Assembly (NCBI GenBank): GCA_963749495.1
Contig: CAVVMW010000023.1
Span: 320,001-384,000, forward strand
Source of the DNA: an uncultured bacterium
Lineage (GTDB): Bacteria > Verrucomicrobiota > Verrucomicrobiia > Limisphaerales > UBA8199
Direction: 5' to 3'
Length of the DNA stretch: 64,000 nucleotides
The notes beneath the pieces were generated by a model. That model did no database searches and was not told the DNA's origin. It worked only from the letters and a program-made list of their open reading frames with translations. The position numbers and the translations under genes were made by a program. Positions 62,672 through 64,000 of the stretch are shown in pieces. Position 1 is the first letter of the stretch. Each line of letters begins with the position of its first letter.

Positions 62672-63961
62672 ATGAAAGAACCCGTTCCTGCTCCTCCGCC
62701 GGTGGTGCGCAATGACGTGGCGGCCATCCAGGCCCTGTTCCAGCAAAACGTCATCCCAAGCTATGGCCGGTTCAACCTGGTCCTGAGCCATGGCGCGGGC
62801 GCCTACGTGTACGATGTCACCGGCAAGCGCTACCTGGACCTGGGCGCCGGGATCGCGGTGAGCGCCCTGGGCCACGCGCACCCTGCCATCACCGAGGCCC
62901 TTGTGGAACAATCGCGCCGGCTCATCCACGTCTCCAATTTCTATTACCACGAGCCGCAGGGCCGCCTGGCCCAGTGCCTGGTCCAACTGCTGGGCCCGGG
63001 CAAGTGCTTCTTCTGCAACAGCGGCGGCGAGGCCAACGAGGGCCTGTTCAAGCTCGCGCGCAAGTTCGGCCACGATGAGGGCCGGTTCGAGGTCCTCACC
63101 GCCTTCAACTCCTTTCATGGCCGCACACTGGCGGGCATCTCCGCCACCGGCCAGGACAAGGTCAAGAAGGGGTTCGAACCGATGGTCCCCGGCTTCCGGC
63201 AGGTCCCCTTCAACAACCTCGAGGCGGTGCGCGCCGCCCTTTCCCCGGCCACCGCCGCCCTGCTCATCGAGTGCGTCCAGGGCGAAGGCGGCGTCACCCT
63301 CGCCACGCCCGATTACCTCCTGGGCCTGCGCCGGTTATGCGATGAGCACAAGCTCCTGCTCCTGGTGGATGGCGTGCAGGACGGCCACTTCCGGACCGGG
63401 CGTTTCCAATGCTATCAACGCCTCCTGGAGGGCTTGCCCGGCGCCGACTCGTTCTGGCCCGACGGCCTGTCGATGGCCAAGTCCCTGGGCGGGGGCTTTC
63501 CCATGGGCACGTTCTGGGTCCGCGCCCCCTACGCGGACCTCCTGGGTGTCGGCAGCCACGGCTCCACCTACGGCGGCTCCCCCTTGGCCTGCGCCGTGGC
63601 CCTCAAAATCCTCGAAGTCATCCATCGCGACAAACTCCCCGATAACGCCCGCCAGCTCGGCCAATTCCTCAAGTCCGGCCTGGAGCAGATCTCCGAAAAA
63701 TTCCCGGCCCTCATCGGGGCCGTCCGCGGGCTGGGTCTCATGCTCGGTGTCGAGTTGGCCCCCAACGTTCCGAACCTGCCCGGCGACCCGGCCCGGACGC
63801 AGTCAGTCCGCTTCGCCAACCTCCTCCATCAGGCCGGTCTGCTCACCATCCCCGCCGGCCCGCAGGTCCTCCGGTTGCTGCCCCCGCTGAACCTGCGCCA
63901 GGCCGAGGCCGAAGAGGCCCTGGCCATCATCGAGAGCGTGTGCGCCAGGCTGGCAAGGTGA
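62672..63961 (+). CDS. argD: acetylornithine aminotransferase
   Basis: YLDLGAGIAVSALGH, NSGGEANE, SFHGRT, AKSLGGG, HGSTYGG; close to argB. Confidence 0.9.
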   Translation: MKEPVPAPPPVVRNDVAAIQALFQQNVIPSYGRFNLVLSHGAGAYVYDVTGKRYLDLGAGIAVSALGHAHPAITEALVEQSRRLIHVSNFYYHEPQGRLAQCLVQLLGPGKCFFCNSGGEANEGLFKLARKFGHDEGRFEVLTAFNSFHGRTLAGISATGQDKVKKGFEPMVPGFRQVPFNNLEAVRAALSPATAALLIECVQGEGGVTLATPDYLLGLRRLCDEHKLLLLVDGVQDGHFRTGRFQCYQRLLEGLPGADSFWPDGLSMAKSLGGGFPMGTFWVRAPYADLLGVGSHGSTYGGSPLACAVALKILEVIHRDKLPDNARQLGQFLKSGLEQISEKFPALIGAVRGLGLMLGVELAPNVPNLPGDPARTQSVRFANLLHQAGLLTIPAGPQVLRLLPPLNLRQAEAEEALAIIESVCARLAR

Positions 63962-64000
63962 GGGGCGAAGGCCGGGACAATCTCAGCATAGGAGCGCGGA

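Noticed and set aside
63361..63390. DGVQDG in place of DEVQTG in ArgD as an inactivation
   Set aside because: The PLP-binding Asp and Gln and the catalytic Lys (AKSL) are retained
1..64000. CRISPR array
   Set aside because: No 23-50-bp direct repeats with unique spacers and no cas genes; repeats are tandem or palindromic

Overview
High-GC bacterial chromosome segment. Gene content suggests Verrucomicrobiota (Pedosphaerales/Limisphaerales-like; inference): prepilin/H-X9-DG proteins, large secreted LamG/Ig/NHL proteins and many glycoside hydrolases. Housekeeping genes (hisD, coaB-like, larE, hisF, lepB, PNP, moeB, argB, argD) alternate with secreted and CAZyme genes. Many single-base frameshifts are probably long-read assembly errors. 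Intergenic DNA is very repeat-rich: several REP-like palindrome families, inverted heptamer arrays, at least four MITE types, one full-length ISKra4-like IS with a 9-bp target duplication, and an internally deleted group II intron with an atypical domain V. Best leads: (1) a 3.3-kb cargo with a PARIS-like ATPase+TOPRIM defence pair sitting in the central loop of a REP doublet and bounded by circularly permuted comM fragments; (2) an AraC regulator fused in frame through a signal-peptide-like segment to a TpsB/ShlB outer-membrane transporter; (3) MITEs carrying REP doublets as cargo; (4) a shared C-terminal F(Y)R(L/V) domain on three secreted proteins; (5) a lysine/GABA-type aminotransferase-GNAT fusion; (6) a hybrid histidine kinase lacking its phospho-His. 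No CRISPR array, rRNA or tRNA was recognised. All family calls are from motifs read by eye, not database searches.
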